Source: a bacterium
GTDB taxonomy: Bacteria > Zhuqueibacterota > QNDG01 > JAGLOF01
DNA length: 64,000 nt
Reading direction: 5' to 3'
Assembly: GCA_023139105.1 (NCBI GenBank)
Contig: JAGLOF010000052.1
Span: forward strand, 13,825-77,824
Under the pieces are notes generated by a model that worked only from the letters and a program-made list of their open reading frames with translations, was not told where the DNA came from and searched no databases. Below are positions 35,169 through 45,380 of the stretch, piece by piece. Numbering within the stretch: position 1 is the first letter of the stretch; every line of letters begins with the position of its first letter. The translations under genes were made by a program, and so were the position numbers.

Positions 35169-36937
35169 TAGATCTACATGTCATTCAAGCAATACGCGCT
35201 AGATGGATCCGTTCCGGGTTATTATTTTTCACCATTTTAATAATTATTCGTTTCTTCTATCTGCAAATATTATCCATAGAAAATTTCACAAGATACTCTG
35301 AAGCAAATTCTGTTCGCCGTATTCCGCTTACTGCTGCCCGGGGGCAATTACTGGATGCAAATGGAGTGATTCTTGTTGATAATCGCCCCAGCTATTCTCT
35401 GTTTGCAATTCCACAAAAATTCTTAAATGATACTATTGCTGTACAGTTGTTAATGCAGCTGACCGGGATGCGGAAAAAGGAAGTTTATAATCGTCTTGCT
35501 GCCAGGGAGATACGACCTTTTCATCCTGTTCGTATTCTGCGGGATATAGATTTTGAAACTCTTACGCATGTTGAAGAGAATAGGGAGAGTCTACCCGGCC
35601 TGTATGTTCAGGTAGAGCCTGTAAGGGCATATTCTGATACTATACGCGCTTCACATATTTTAGGTTATGTTGGTGAAGCAAATAAAAAAGATCTGGAAAG
35701 TTCAGAACTTCATTCTTTGCAAATGGGTGATCTCGTGGGTAAAAGTGGAGTCGAGAAGGCTTATGATGATGTGCTGCGAGGTACCCGGGGGTACCGCCTC
35801 TCGCTGGTAGATGCTATTGGGCGGGAAGTTGCCGATTACTCCAACAAGGAAGATATTCTGCCGGTTCCGGGTAAAAACTTGCAGTTAACACTGCTGATCG
35901 ATCTTCAAATGAGAGCAGAACAATTATTACATGACCTCCGTGGCAGCATTGTAGTTGTTGATCCTCAGACAGGGGGGATATTGGCTATGGTCAGTGCTCC
36001 TGATTTTCCGTTGACAGTTTTTGCCAGGCATTTGGCACCAGAAGTATGGAACGGGCTTATCAATGATGAAGATTCCCCTCTGCTAAATCGAGCTCTTCAG
36101 GCACAGCTTCCACCGGGTTCGGTTTACAAGCTTGTATCTTCTTTTGCAGGTTTCGATCAAGGTGTGATCAATTCTGTTGACACCTTATATTGTTCAGGCG
36201 GTTTTCGTATTGGTCGCCGTAGATTCCCATGCTGGAAGGAAGAGGGGCATGGTTCGATGACATTTATCACTGCCATTGCCCAATCATGTAACAGCTATTT
36301 TTATAATCTTTCTCAACAACTGGACATATCTGATTGGCAGAAGTGGGGACATTTATTAGGATTTGGGAGGATAGCGGATATTGATGTTGCTCAAGAGTTA
36401 CCCGGTCTTTTGCCGGATAAAAATTATATGGATAAAAAATATGGTATAGGCGGATGGACATCGGGGCAGATGGCAAACCTGATCATTGGACAAGGAGATC
36501 TTTTAGTAACACCAATACAAGTTGCACAGCTTGCAATGATTATTGCTAACAAGGGCCGACGTGAGAGAATGCATATAACCGGGGCTGTAGAAAATGGCAT
36601 AGGTGAACTGCAAGCCTATCAATGGGATTCACAGCAGATTGATCTGCCAAAATCTTCAATTGATTTGATAATTGAAGGAATGAAAGAGGCTGTGCAGGGA
36701 AAACATGGCAGTGCCACTCTTGCGCGTTGCCCGGGAATTATCGTTTGCGGTAAGACCGGTTCGGCGCAAAATCCACATGGCGATTCTCATGCCTGGTTTG
36801 TGGGATTTGCTCCCATGGTGAATCCCCGGATAGCAGTAGCAGTTGTAATTGAAAATGGTGGCTCCGGTGGAGCTGTGGCAGCTCCGGTTGCCGGTGCTCT
36901 TTTCAGATCTTTCTTCAAGGGGGCTGGCAATGAGTGA
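35165..36937 (+). CDS. mrdA: Penicillin-binding protein 2 (elongasome transpeptidase)
   Basis: 590 aa. RGQLLDANG, SxxK as PPGSVYKL, SCN, and KTGSAQ (the KTG motif). Confidence 0.92.
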   Translation: MIDLHVIQAIRARWIRSGLLFFTILIIIRFFYLQILSIENFTRYSEANSVRRIPLTAARGQLLDANGVILVDNRPSYSLFAIPQKFLNDTIAVQLLMQLTGMRKKEVYNRLAAREIRPFHPVRILRDIDFETLTHVEENRESLPGLYVQVEPVRAYSDTIRASHILGYVGEANKKDLESSELHSLQMGDLVGKSGVEKAYDDVLRGTRGYRLSLVDAIGREVADYSNKEDILPVPGKNLQLTLLIDLQMRAEQLLHDLRGSIVVVDPQTGGILAMVSAPDFPLTVFARHLAPEVWNGLINDEDSPLLNRALQAQLPPGSVYKLVSSFAGFDQGVINSVDTLYCSGGFRIGRRRFPCWKEEGHGSMTFITAIAQSCNSYFYNLSQQLDISDWQKWGHLLGFGRIADIDVAQELPGLLPDKNYMDKKYGIGGWTSGQMANLIIGQGDLLVTPIQVAQLAMIIANKGRRERMHITGAVENGIGELQAYQWDSQQIDLPKSSIDLIIEGMKEAVQGKHGSATLARCPGIIVCGKTGSAQNPHGDSHAWFVGFAPMVNPRIAVAVVIENGGSGGAVAAPVAGALFRSFFKGAGNE

Positions 36938-38135
36938 TGGCTCCGCCAGATCTTTTGATAGACAATTACTTGCCGGATTGGCATTACTGTTGATTGTAGG
37001 GCTCGTTGCTCTTTCATCTGCGACATATTTATTAAAGTCCGGTGATGGCCTTTCTGTAATCAACCGACAATTATTGTGGATAGGGGTTGGAGTTGCTGGC
37101 GCAATATTTTTTTCCCTGACACCCTTGAATATTATTAGAAGGTTGACCTTGCCAGGTTATCTTCTGTCATTATTCCTGTTGGTGTTTGTGCTTATTGCCG
37201 GACATGGACCTGCCGGACGCTGGTTGGTATTTGCAGGAATCAGCTTTCAACCGGCAGAAGCGGCAAAGATTGCATCACTGTTAATGTTGACCAGCTGGCT
37301 GGCTTCCCGGGAACATCGTATTGGCAATGGTGGTACATTGACAGGTGCCGCTTTAATAATTTTGCTGCCTTTTCTGTTGATCTCCATGCAGCCTGACCTG
37401 GGAACAGCGTTGGTTTTTATTGTATTGGGTCTGGGAATGTTTTTCTGGATCGGTGTACCCGGCCATTGGTTTCTCTTCGGATTGATACCGATAATTGGCG
37501 GAGCACTTGGTTTTTATCAGGTGTTGTTTTTCTTGTTATTGTTGATTATTTTAGTAACAGCTCTGTGGAAAAGAAAGTATCGGCGAAAATTAATCTTGAT
37601 TTTTTGTGTTTTTGCTGCCTCCGGCTGGATAGTGCCGCATCTTTGGGATTCTATGCCGCAATATCAAAAGGCTCGAATTACCAGTTTTGTCGGTTTGAAT
37701 GCTGATGTTCGTGGTGCTGCATATCAAGTTATTCAGTCAAAAATTGCCATTGGCTCAGGTGGTCTTGCGGGCAAGGGTTTTGGAAAGGGAACGCAAACAC
37801 AATTACGTTTTCTGCCGGAACATCATACTGATTTTATATTATCGGCCTTTGCGGAAGAGTTTGGTTTTATTGGGATTATTTTGGTCATTGGCCTATGGAT
37901 GTTTGTACTATGGCGTTGCATCAGACAGGCGGAACATCAAGATTTATTATGGAATCGGTTCCTGATTATGGGTGTCAGCATTATCTGGGGCTTTCAGTGG
38001 ATGGTTAATCTCTGCATGGTAGTAGGCTGGGCACCAGTGACAGGTTTGCCGATGCCGTTTTTCAGTTATGGAGGATCGGCCATGGTGGTAAATCTATGCA
38101 TGGCCGGCTTGGCTGTCAGGCGATATGACAGATGA
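36930..38135 (+). CDS. rodA: Peptidoglycan glycosyltransferase RodA (SEDS family)
   Basis: FQPAEAAKI, QPDLGTAL, LPEHHTDFILSAFAEEFGFIG, PFFSYGGS. The start is at ATG 36930 (MSDGSARSF), overlapping the mrdA stop by 8 nt. Confidence 0.92.
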   Translation: MSDGSARSFDRQLLAGLALLLIVGLVALSSATYLLKSGDGLSVINRQLLWIGVGVAGAIFFSLTPLNIIRRLTLPGYLLSLFLLVFVLIAGHGPAGRWLVFAGISFQPAEAAKIASLLMLTSWLASREHRIGNGGTLTGAALIILLPFLLISMQPDLGTALVFIVLGLGMFFWIGVPGHWFLFGLIPIIGGALGFYQVLFFLLLLIILVTALWKRKYRRKLILIFCVFAASGWIVPHLWDSMPQYQKARITSFVGLNADVRGAAYQVIQSKIAIGSGGLAGKGFGKGTQTQLRFLPEHHTDFILSAFAEEFGFIGIILVIGLWMFVLWRCIRQAEHQDLLWNRFLIMGVSIIWGFQWMVNLCMVVGWAPVTGLPMPFFSYGGSAMVVNLCMAGLAVRRYDR

Positions 38136-38286
38136 TGGCTGTGTTACCGGCAGAGACTTCCGGAACACTTATAAAGTATAGATGTTGTATTTGTAAAGAT
38201 TCTTGTGATTTTAGTTGTTCAATTGTTATTATTTAGGGCCTTTGAAAAGGAAGCATACATTTTTTTTAGATAAAGGAGCAAGTCTA

Positions 38287-39099
38287 ATGTTACCGGTTTT
38301 ATTTAAATTAGGTCGTTTTGAAATTCATGCATATGGATTGCTTTTAGCCATTAGCTTTTTACTTGGTATTTATTGGGCCATGTCCAGGGCTGATCGTCGT
38401 GGTGTTGATCGCAATATGGTGATGGATTTGTCACTCATTGTTGTTTTATGCGCCATATTCGGATCACGGTTGTTATATGTTGTAACTCATCTCTTTGAGT
38501 TTAAGGGGCGCTGGCTCGATACGATTAATCCCTTTCAAAGTACAGGACAGATAGGAATTGCCGGACTTTCAATGCTTGGTGGTGTGGTGCTGTCTGTTAT
38601 TGCTATCTTGATTTTTTGTCATGTCAAAAAATTAAGTCTTTTGAAATTGGGGGACATTCTCTCACCCGCTTTCGGACTGGGGATTTTTCTTACACGCATC
38701 GGTTGTTTCTTAAATGGTTGTTGTTTTGGACAGGAATGTGGTCTGCCCTGGGCTGTAAAATTTCCATTAACAAGCCCGGCAGGATCAATTTTTCAGGGCA
38801 TTGCAATACATCCGACTCAGCTATATGCATCTTTGTATGGTCTTTTAATTACAGTGATTCTCTTCTCCCTGGATAAAAAAGAACGATTTGACGGTTTTAT
38901 CATGTCAGTCTTTTTCATTTTATATGGAGTTTCACGTTTTCTTGTAGAATTTATTCGTTATGCCGAACCCTCAACTATGGCACCTGGCGGTATTGCATTG
39001 ACTCTTAATCAGGTTATATCGTTAGTTATGGTTGTAAGTGGAATGGTGCTCTTTATTATTTTACAGAGACGTTCTTCATCTACACCTGAAAGTACTTGA
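38287..39099 (+). CDS. lgt: Prolipoprotein diacylglyceryl transferase
   Basis: IHAYGLLLAISFLLG, GSRLLYV, RIGCFLNGCCFG, HPTQLY, RFLVEFIR. ATG 38287 is preceded by AAGGAG. Confidence 0.93.
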   Translation: MLPVLFKLGRFEIHAYGLLLAISFLLGIYWAMSRADRRGVDRNMVMDLSLIVVLCAIFGSRLLYVVTHLFEFKGRWLDTINPFQSTGQIGIAGLSMLGGVVLSVIAILIFCHVKKLSLLKLGDILSPAFGLGIFLTRIGCFLNGCCFGQECGLPWAVKFPLTSPAGSIFQGIAIHPTQLYASLYGLLITVILFSLDKKERFDGFIMSVFFILYGVSRFLVEFIRYAEPSTMAPGGIALTLNQVISLVMVVSGMVLFIILQRRSSSTPEST

Positions 39100-39162
39100 T
39101 TTTTTTAGAGTTTTTTAATAAATTTAAAGGTTCATAAGAACAGTAAATGAAAGGAATGGGTT

Positions 39163-39957
39163 ATGAAGCGTCTTACCTCTATAACAGGCATCATTCTGTT
39201 AGTATGTATATTGTTCTCAATATTAGGGTTGACAGGATGTGGTTCATCTTCAAAGGCAGTTCAGGGAGAATCACAGACAGAAAGCGGGGAGGATATTGAT
39301 GCTTTACTGGGATTAACCAACTACGATGACGTTCCCCGGGGGGAACCCGTTGAGACCAAGACTGAAGAAACTATTGGCGAGGATGATGTTTTAAGATTGC
39401 TGGGTGTTGAGCAAGGGGCCAAGGAAGTTGAAAAAACTCCGGCTACGACAATAGCGCAGCCAGTGAAACAGGTAGATGAGATGAACAATGTGTCAAAGGC
39501 AGAGACTCAGCCGCCTGCAACATCCAAAACTATTGAAGAAGTTCCAGCTGTACGGAAAAGTGCAGCAAATCGGAATGTTCCGTTTCAGACATTATACGGA
39601 CAGGCCAAGTCCAAATATGATTCTCGAAATTATCGTCTGGCAATTCAAGAATTTGAAACGCTTCTGGTTACAAATATGAACCATTCGCTTTCAGATAACT
39701 GTCAGTATTGGATAGGTGAATCTTATTATGGATTAGGCAAATTTGAGCAATCTGTTGTAGCTTTTGAAAAGGTCTTTACTTTTGCCAGGTCTAACAAAGA
39801 TGCTGATGCACAATTGAAGATAGGACTTTGTTATCTTAAGTTAAATAATAAAGTTCGTGCAAGAGAAGAATTGCAAAAACTTATAGACAATTATCCTACA
39901 TATAATAAAGTTAGCTATGCTCGTCGGCTCATGTCACAGCTTGATGGCGGGCAGTAA
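39163..39957 (+). CDS. TPR lipoprotein, CpoB/YbgF-like
   Basis: Lipobox LGLTGC, a long low-complexity linker, and a C-terminal TPR block with CQYWIGESYYGLGKF and NKDADAQLKIGLCYLKL, as in the CpoB C-terminal domain. Confidence 0.7.
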   Translation: MKRLTSITGIILLVCILFSILGLTGCGSSSKAVQGESQTESGEDIDALLGLTNYDDVPRGEPVETKTEETIGEDDVLRLLGVEQGAKEVEKTPATTIAQPVKQVDEMNNVSKAETQPPATSKTIEEVPAVRKSAANRNVPFQTLYGQAKSKYDSRNYRLAIQEFETLLVTNMNHSLSDNCQYWIGESYYGLGKFEQSVVAFEKVFTFARSNKDADAQLKIGLCYLKLNNKVRAREELQKLIDNYPTYNKVSYARRLMSQLDGGQ

Positions 39958-40054
39958 GCTAGACTCAAAGCCAGTTGTGGCGCAACGATCCCTGTAGGCT
40001 GATTCCTTTCCGGATGTCATGCAGGAGAAACCTGAAATTTATTGAGGATTGTCG

Positions 40055-41461
40055 ATGAATGATCGATTAAATATCCTGTTTGTTGCGCCAGAAGTGGCGC
40101 CTTTTGCCAGAGCTGGAGACATGGGTTATGTTACTGGGGGACTGCCAAAAGCATTAAAGGAAATGGGGCATGATGTCCGCATAATTACGCCACAGTACCG
40201 TGTTACCAATGAAAGGCGGTATGTATTAAGAGAGGTAATCCGCCTTCATGATATTCAGGTCGAGCTGGCCGGTGAACCGGTAAAATTTCATGTCAAGTCA
40301 GCTTTTCTTCCTCATACCAAGGTTCAAGTTTATTTTTTAAATTACCGTCCTTTCTATTTCCGACAAGGTCTTTACACAGATATTGAGACAGATGAGTTTT
40401 ACAGTGACAATGAGCAGCGTTATGAACTTCTGGCATTGGGTGCGCTTGAAACACTTAAAAGGCTGCGTTGGCAACCTGATATTGTTCACTGTCACGGCTG
40501 GGCCTCTTCCTGGGTGCCTTATCATCTTAAAACACATTTATGTGAAGATGATTTTTTTAAGAGTGTTTCTACATTGTATACATTGTATGACGGGCTTCAT
40601 ACGGGTCCTTTGTCTGCCCCTGTAACCGAAAAAAATATTGACAATATGTTGCAGCTCGGTCTGAATTTTTGCGATGGTGCCAACATCGCTGTCTCACCGG
40701 CCAGGCCATCATTGGTAGAATCTCTTCCATCTTCCATTTTTGATGATGAAGAGCGATATTCACAAATTATTAATGGTTTTGACGGCTGTCGTTGGAACCC
40801 TGAGTCCGATCCGTATTTGAAGAGTCGTTATTCTGAAGAGAATTTTGATGGTAAATCAGATTCGAAGAGGAGATTGCTTACTTCTTTCAAATTAGATATT
40901 TCTGATGTCGATGCCCAGACAATATTGGTGATCTGGGCCAATACTGTTAATGAATTGAAGGCAAAATCCGATGAAATACTGAGTATCGCCAAGCAGGGCT
41001 GGATTGTGTTGCTCTTCGTACCGGAGTGTGGAGATCCCGAGGTTCTCAAGGAGTTTGAGAAACATTCTGATGTTGTAATTCGCTTTCCCGATGAACCGGA
41101 TGAGGCTGCTTTTCACCGTTTATTAGCCGGTTCTGATGTTTTGTGGTTGATATCTTCATCTGCTGTTGAGCAGCACCTGCATCAAGTTGGCCCACGGTAT
41201 GGAACAGTAACTTTGCTTGATGATGATGTTGAGAATATGATTATCAAACCACAAGTCGATGATTTTAAAGCTCCTGCATGTACTGTCGTCAACGTCAATA
41301 AAATTGTCAATCATCTGGATACACTTAAAACACTATACGCTGATCGGCAAGCCTGGAATGCTGTTGCGCAAGAATCGATGAACTTGAAATATAGCTGGGT
41401 GGATGTTGCTGTGAACTACGTTGAATTATACAAAAAATGTATCTCTACCAGGAAAGAGTAG
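40055..41461 (+). CDS. Glycogen/starch synthase-like GT5 protein with a divergent C-terminal half
   Basis: ILFVAPEVAPFARAGDMGYVTGGLPKALKEMGHDVRIITPQY is a clear GlgA N-terminus, but the K-T-G-G-L motif reads R-A-G-D-M and the usual SRFEPCGL and TGGLxDT motifs are not recognisable. ATG 40055 lies 6 nt after GAGGA. Confidence 0.7.
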   Translation: MNDRLNILFVAPEVAPFARAGDMGYVTGGLPKALKEMGHDVRIITPQYRVTNERRYVLREVIRLHDIQVELAGEPVKFHVKSAFLPHTKVQVYFLNYRPFYFRQGLYTDIETDEFYSDNEQRYELLALGALETLKRLRWQPDIVHCHGWASSWVPYHLKTHLCEDDFFKSVSTLYTLYDGLHTGPLSAPVTEKNIDNMLQLGLNFCDGANIAVSPARPSLVESLPSSIFDDEERYSQIINGFDGCRWNPESDPYLKSRYSEENFDGKSDSKRRLLTSFKLDISDVDAQTILVIWANTVNELKAKSDEILSIAKQGWIVLLFVPECGDPEVLKEFEKHSDVVIRFPDEPDEAAFHRLLAGSDVLWLISSSAVEQHLHQVGPRYGTVTLLDDDVENMIIKPQVDDFKAPACTVVNVNKIVNHLDTLKTLYADRQAWNAVAQESMNLKYSWVDVAVNYVELYKKCISTRKE

Positions 41462-41473
41462 CGGATTACTGAT

Positions 41474-42172
41474 ATGCAAATACAAGGTATGAAGACCTCA
41501 CTTCACTATATTGGTGTGCGCCATGATGTTGCTTTATTAACTGTGATAGGTTATGTTGATACAACTACCTGCAAGGAGCTGGCACATCAGGTTCGCGAAC
41601 TCATGGATCAAAATTATTTGCAGATTGTAGTTGACCTTGGTGGTGTAGGGTATATTTCCAGCGCCGGTTGGGGTGTTTTTGTCGGTGAGATTAAGAATAT
41701 CAGAGAACGTGGGGGCGACCTTAAAATTGTCCAAATGACAGCAGAAGTTATTGAAGTATTTGAGATGTTGGAATTCAATCGTATACTTAATCATTATGAA
41801 ACAATAGAAGAAGCCTTAAATGAATTTGATATCATTAGAGGTCTTGATATATGTGTATCCAAACCAGCTGCTGAGGGTAGGGTTTCACCTATTGTTGAGC
41901 AGTATCCAACTTCAATAGGAACGCGCAAACGAGGAAGGTCAAGGGATGCTGTCGTTTCTGCAAGGATTGAAAAGTCTGAACTGCCTATTGTTGAGAAGAT
42001 AAAACAGATTGTAGTTGAGGCACCACCTGATGGTGCTATGTCCATTCGTGCTAAGTTGAGGACAGACACATATGGACATGTTAATGTCAGCTGGTTTACA
42101 GTACGGAAAATACTTAAAGACCTTAACCTGGAGACAAAGGTCAAACGATTTCGTTTCTATCGTTCCAGGTAG
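41474..42172 (+). CDS. STAS-domain (anti-sigma-factor antagonist-like) protein with a basic C-terminal extension
   Basis: Residues about 10-115: VVDLGGVGYISSAGWGVFVGEIKNIRERGGDLKIV...FEMLEFNRIL (SpoIIAA/STAS). The C-terminal 110 aa are basic, with a helix-turn-helix-like VSWFTVRKILKDLNL. Confidence 0.7.
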   Translation: MQIQGMKTSLHYIGVRHDVALLTVIGYVDTTTCKELAHQVRELMDQNYLQIVVDLGGVGYISSAGWGVFVGEIKNIRERGGDLKIVQMTAEVIEVFEMLEFNRILNHYETIEEALNEFDIIRGLDICVSKPAAEGRVSPIVEQYPTSIGTRKRGRSRDAVVSARIEKSELPIVEKIKQIVVEAPPDGAMSIRAKLRTDTYGHVNVSWFTVRKILKDLNLETKVKRFRFYRSR

Positions 42173-42221
42173 ATATAAAAGTTTTTTTGCAGTTGTTTTT
42201 TGAGAGTAAGCCATTATCGCG

Positions 42222-42246
42222 GCATCCGCTGGGCGGATGCTTTTTT
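42222..42246 (+). terminator. Rho-independent terminator
   Basis: GCATCCGC-TGG-GCGGATGC followed by TTTTTT, 50 nt after the STAS gene stop. Confidence 0.8.
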
Positions 42247-42343
42247 CATGTAAGGATGGTATGCTATTTGCATTTAAAGTGGATCTGTAACAACGGACAT
42301 ATTTAGTCTCAAGAAAAACGTATAATATGCAGGGATTTATAAA

Positions 42344-43039
42344 ATGACCTTATTAAAGAAAAAACAATTACTTATCAAGCTATTTTGTCTAGTGATAATT
42401 TTGATTTCAGGCGCACTGTATGGTCAGAATGAACCTACTTATCAATGGAGCAAATCCGTCAGGTCATTGACTGTTTTTAAGCCAGGTGATGCGGTTCGTA
42501 TTCAGATTCTGGAACTTTACAGACAAGAGCGGCGAGATTTGTTTTTATCCGGTGATTATCCTATTAATCCGGAAGGCTATATTGTGATGCCGCTTATCGG
42601 TGAAGTCAAGGTTAAGGGCTATACTATTTTTGAAGTTATGCAAAACCTTAGAGACCGACTTGCAGAGCACTTACAGAATCCATATGTTTATGTAAGACCT
42701 CTTATTCGTATAGTTGTGCAAGGGGCATTTTTAAAACCAGGTGCTTATCATGTAGATCCTGCTTCCTCACTATGGAGTGTGATTGAGCTGGCTGGCGGGC
42801 CTGGCAAAAGGTGCGATATGACCAAGATGCATGTAAATAGAGGTGGTAAAATAGTTATTCCAGAAGTGCTCAAGGCATTTGAAAAGGGGATTTCTCTTGA
42901 AGAAGTTGGTATCGAAAGTGGTGATCAGATAATTGGAGTTGATCGTGGAGGTATAAGTATTACCTTCTTAATGACTGTTGTGAATGTATTCACCACAGTT
43001 GTTCTTCTCTATCTCAGGTTGAAAGACAGTCAATGGTAA
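42344..43039 (+). CDS. Polysaccharide export protein (Wza-like, short form)
   Basis: 231 aa. Signal/anchor sequence, PGDAVRIQIL...NPEGYIVMPLIGEVKVKGYTIFEV (Poly_export), an SLBB-like GDQIIGV and a C-terminal TM helix. Confidence 0.8.
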   Translation: MTLLKKKQLLIKLFCLVIILISGALYGQNEPTYQWSKSVRSLTVFKPGDAVRIQILELYRQERRDLFLSGDYPINPEGYIVMPLIGEVKVKGYTIFEVMQNLRDRLAEHLQNPYVYVRPLIRIVVQGAFLKPGAYHVDPASSLWSVIELAGGPGKRCDMTKMHVNRGGKIVIPEVLKAFEKGISLEEVGIESGDQIIGVDRGGISITFLMTVVNVFTTVVLLYLRLKDSQW

Positions 43040-43079
43040 TGTCGCGTTGAAAATTTATTGATAGTAATTAGGGAAAATA

Positions 43080-45377
43080 ATGGAAGAGTTTTTTGACGAT
43101 CAGGGACAAAGTAGTGATACTATAGATTTCGGGCGTTATATTAAAGCAATATTTAAACGTTGGTGGGTTGTTGGCTTAATCACATGCGCTACCGCTATGC
43201 CTTGGATATTGAAAATAAAAGGTGAGGCTCCTGTTTATAAAGCCGAAACATGGATTAGTTTTGAGAGAGTTGCCGGTGTTCCGAACAGTTTAATACAGAG
43301 CAGGAAGTTACAGTTAACAAGTAGGACTTTTGCAGAAGAAGTGACGGCTCAACTAGGTTTAACACTTACACTGATTCAAGAAGATGGCTGGCCGATAATT
43401 TCCAGACAGGATGCATTTGTAGACTTTTCAACAAATCATGAGCCGGTTACGGGTAGTTATGAATTACGTTTCTACCCGACAGGTTTTTGTGCTTTATATC
43501 ATAATTCTGTTTATATTGACAGCCTCAAAATTGATACCATTATTGAGTCGGCGATGACGGTTAACGGATTGACGTTTAAGTTGAATCCTGATATTGGTGT
43601 TAAGAGGGCGAAAATTCGGTTTGAAATTCAAGGTTTCCGGTCTGCTGTCAGTAATCTCCGTTCCAGTGAGAAGGTTACTTTCAACCGGGATGGCGATGTT
43701 ATGCAGATTGCTCTACATGGGCCTGATCCTATTATTGCAGCAAAAACAGTGAATATGCTGTCAGAGATTTTTATTCAAAAAAGTGTCAGAATGAGTAGTG
43801 ACAGATCAAAAAGTCGTCTGGAGTACCTTAAGGAGCAATTACGGGTTATTGATACGGATTTGTCCAGAATTGATGTACAATTAAAATCATTCAGTATTGA
43901 TCATCTAATGGGCCTGGACGGTGAAAAACGTAAAGCTATGAATCAGCTGCAGGCCTTTGAGGCTGATACCGCGATGATTGGGATGTATATTAGAGATCTT
44001 CGACAACTGTTAAGTAAATTTGATTTTGATGCGGAAGAATTTGATACTGAGGCTTTGGGGCATTTTATTTTTCGTCAGATATCAGTTTTGGATGCTTTTA
44101 GCGGTGATCAGGAGATGGCTCTGGCTCGTCGCCTGTTGGATGACTATGATGAACAATCTGAAGCCATGGAAGATATACCGGAGAAAAATCCTGATGTAAT
44201 CGAATTGAAAGAAAAGATTCAGCAGGTGGAATCTCAGGTACTCGATTTAGCCCACAGGCGTATTTCAGAATTGCAAATTGAACGGATTAAAGTTAATGGC
44301 GAAATTCAAAAGCGCCTCTCAATACTTAAATCTCTACCCACAGAGTACATGGCACAGTTAGACCTGGTTAGAAAACAGAAAGTTAAAGCAGAAGTTCATT
44401 CCCGTCTCTTGCGAGAGGTTCAGGAAGCGCAAATAAGCTCTGATCTGGCTTCTGAGAATGTATCTGTTCTTGACAAGGCGATCCCGATGTTCCGGCCTAT
44501 CAGTGGAGATAAAAAGAAGAAGGCTGGTATGGGACTTATAGCAGCCTTATTTCTTGGTATTTTAACAGCAGTCCTGATAGAAGTTGTTGATAAGAGAATT
44601 AAAACTCAGGAAGATGTTAAGCGACATTTGAAATTGTCACTTTTAGGAACAATCCCTAAAGTTAAATTTGATGATACATATGATATGGCTGATTCTGAAA
44701 AAGCCAAGAGTATCAGTTCACAAATTGTAACTCATGATTATTCTCCTACTCCGGTTGGAGAGGCGTACAGGTCACTAAGAACCAGTCTACTTTTCAATAA
44801 GAGTATAGGTGATTTACATTCATTGGCTATTGGTAGTGTTATGCCGGGTGAGGGTAAATCTTTTACTGCTGCAAATCTTGCAATTACACTGGCCCAGCAG
44901 AAGAGTCATACGCTTTTAGTTGATGCAGATCTACGGCGTGGAGTTTTACACAATAGTTTTAACTGTCCCAAAAAACCGGGATTAACTAATTATCTCACCG
45001 GTGTGGTTCCGTTGGAAAATATATTGAATGAGACATATGTTCCAAATTTATCATTGATTACATGCGGTTCCCTGCTTCCGAATCCTTCCGAATTATTGGG
45101 TTCTGCTAGGATGAAAAGATTTATTGAGACTTTGAAGGACCAATACGATTTTATAATTTTTGATACGCCGCCGTTAATGGCTGCTACTGATTCAATCATT
45201 CTTTCTACATTGGTTGATGGATTTGCAATGCTTGTCAGATCCGGAATGACCAACAGGAATGATGTGAAGAAAAAATTAGAGTTGTTTAATAACTTGCAAT
45301 CCAACGTCTTAGGGGTGATCTTAAACTGCGCAGGGGCCGATGTGGCCCATGAGGGTTACAGCTATTATCGATATTAA
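43080..45377 (+). CDS. Polysaccharide co-polymerase / tyrosine autokinase (Wzc/EpsG-like)
   Basis: 765 aa. Wzz-like N-terminal half with two TM helices and coiled coils. Kinase half with Walker A GEGKSFTAANLA, A' LLVDADLRRG and B FIIFDTPPL. Tyr-rich tail EGYSYYRY. Confidence 0.9.
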   Translation: MEEFFDDQGQSSDTIDFGRYIKAIFKRWWVVGLITCATAMPWILKIKGEAPVYKAETWISFERVAGVPNSLIQSRKLQLTSRTFAEEVTAQLGLTLTLIQEDGWPIISRQDAFVDFSTNHEPVTGSYELRFYPTGFCALYHNSVYIDSLKIDTIIESAMTVNGLTFKLNPDIGVKRAKIRFEIQGFRSAVSNLRSSEKVTFNRDGDVMQIALHGPDPIIAAKTVNMLSEIFIQKSVRMSSDRSKSRLEYLKEQLRVIDTDLSRIDVQLKSFSIDHLMGLDGEKRKAMNQLQAFEADTAMIGMYIRDLRQLLSKFDFDAEEFDTEALGHFIFRQISVLDAFSGDQEMALARRLLDDYDEQSEAMEDIPEKNPDVIELKEKIQQVESQVLDLAHRRISELQIERIKVNGEIQKRLSILKSLPTEYMAQLDLVRKQKVKAEVHSRLLREVQEAQISSDLASENVSVLDKAIPMFRPISGDKKKKAGMGLIAALFLGILTAVLIEVVDKRIKTQEDVKRHLKLSLLGTIPKVKFDDTYDMADSEKAKSISSQIVTHDYSPTPVGEAYRSLRTSLLFNKSIGDLHSLAIGSVMPGEGKSFTAANLAITLAQQKSHTLLVDADLRRGVLHNSFNCPKKPGLTNYLTGVVPLENILNETYVPNLSLITCGSLLPNPSELLGSARMKRFIETLKDQYDFIIFDTPPLMAATDSIILSTLVDGFAMLVRSGMTNRNDVKKKLELFNNLQSNVLGVILNCAGADVAHEGYSYYRY

Positions 45378-45380
45378 AGG

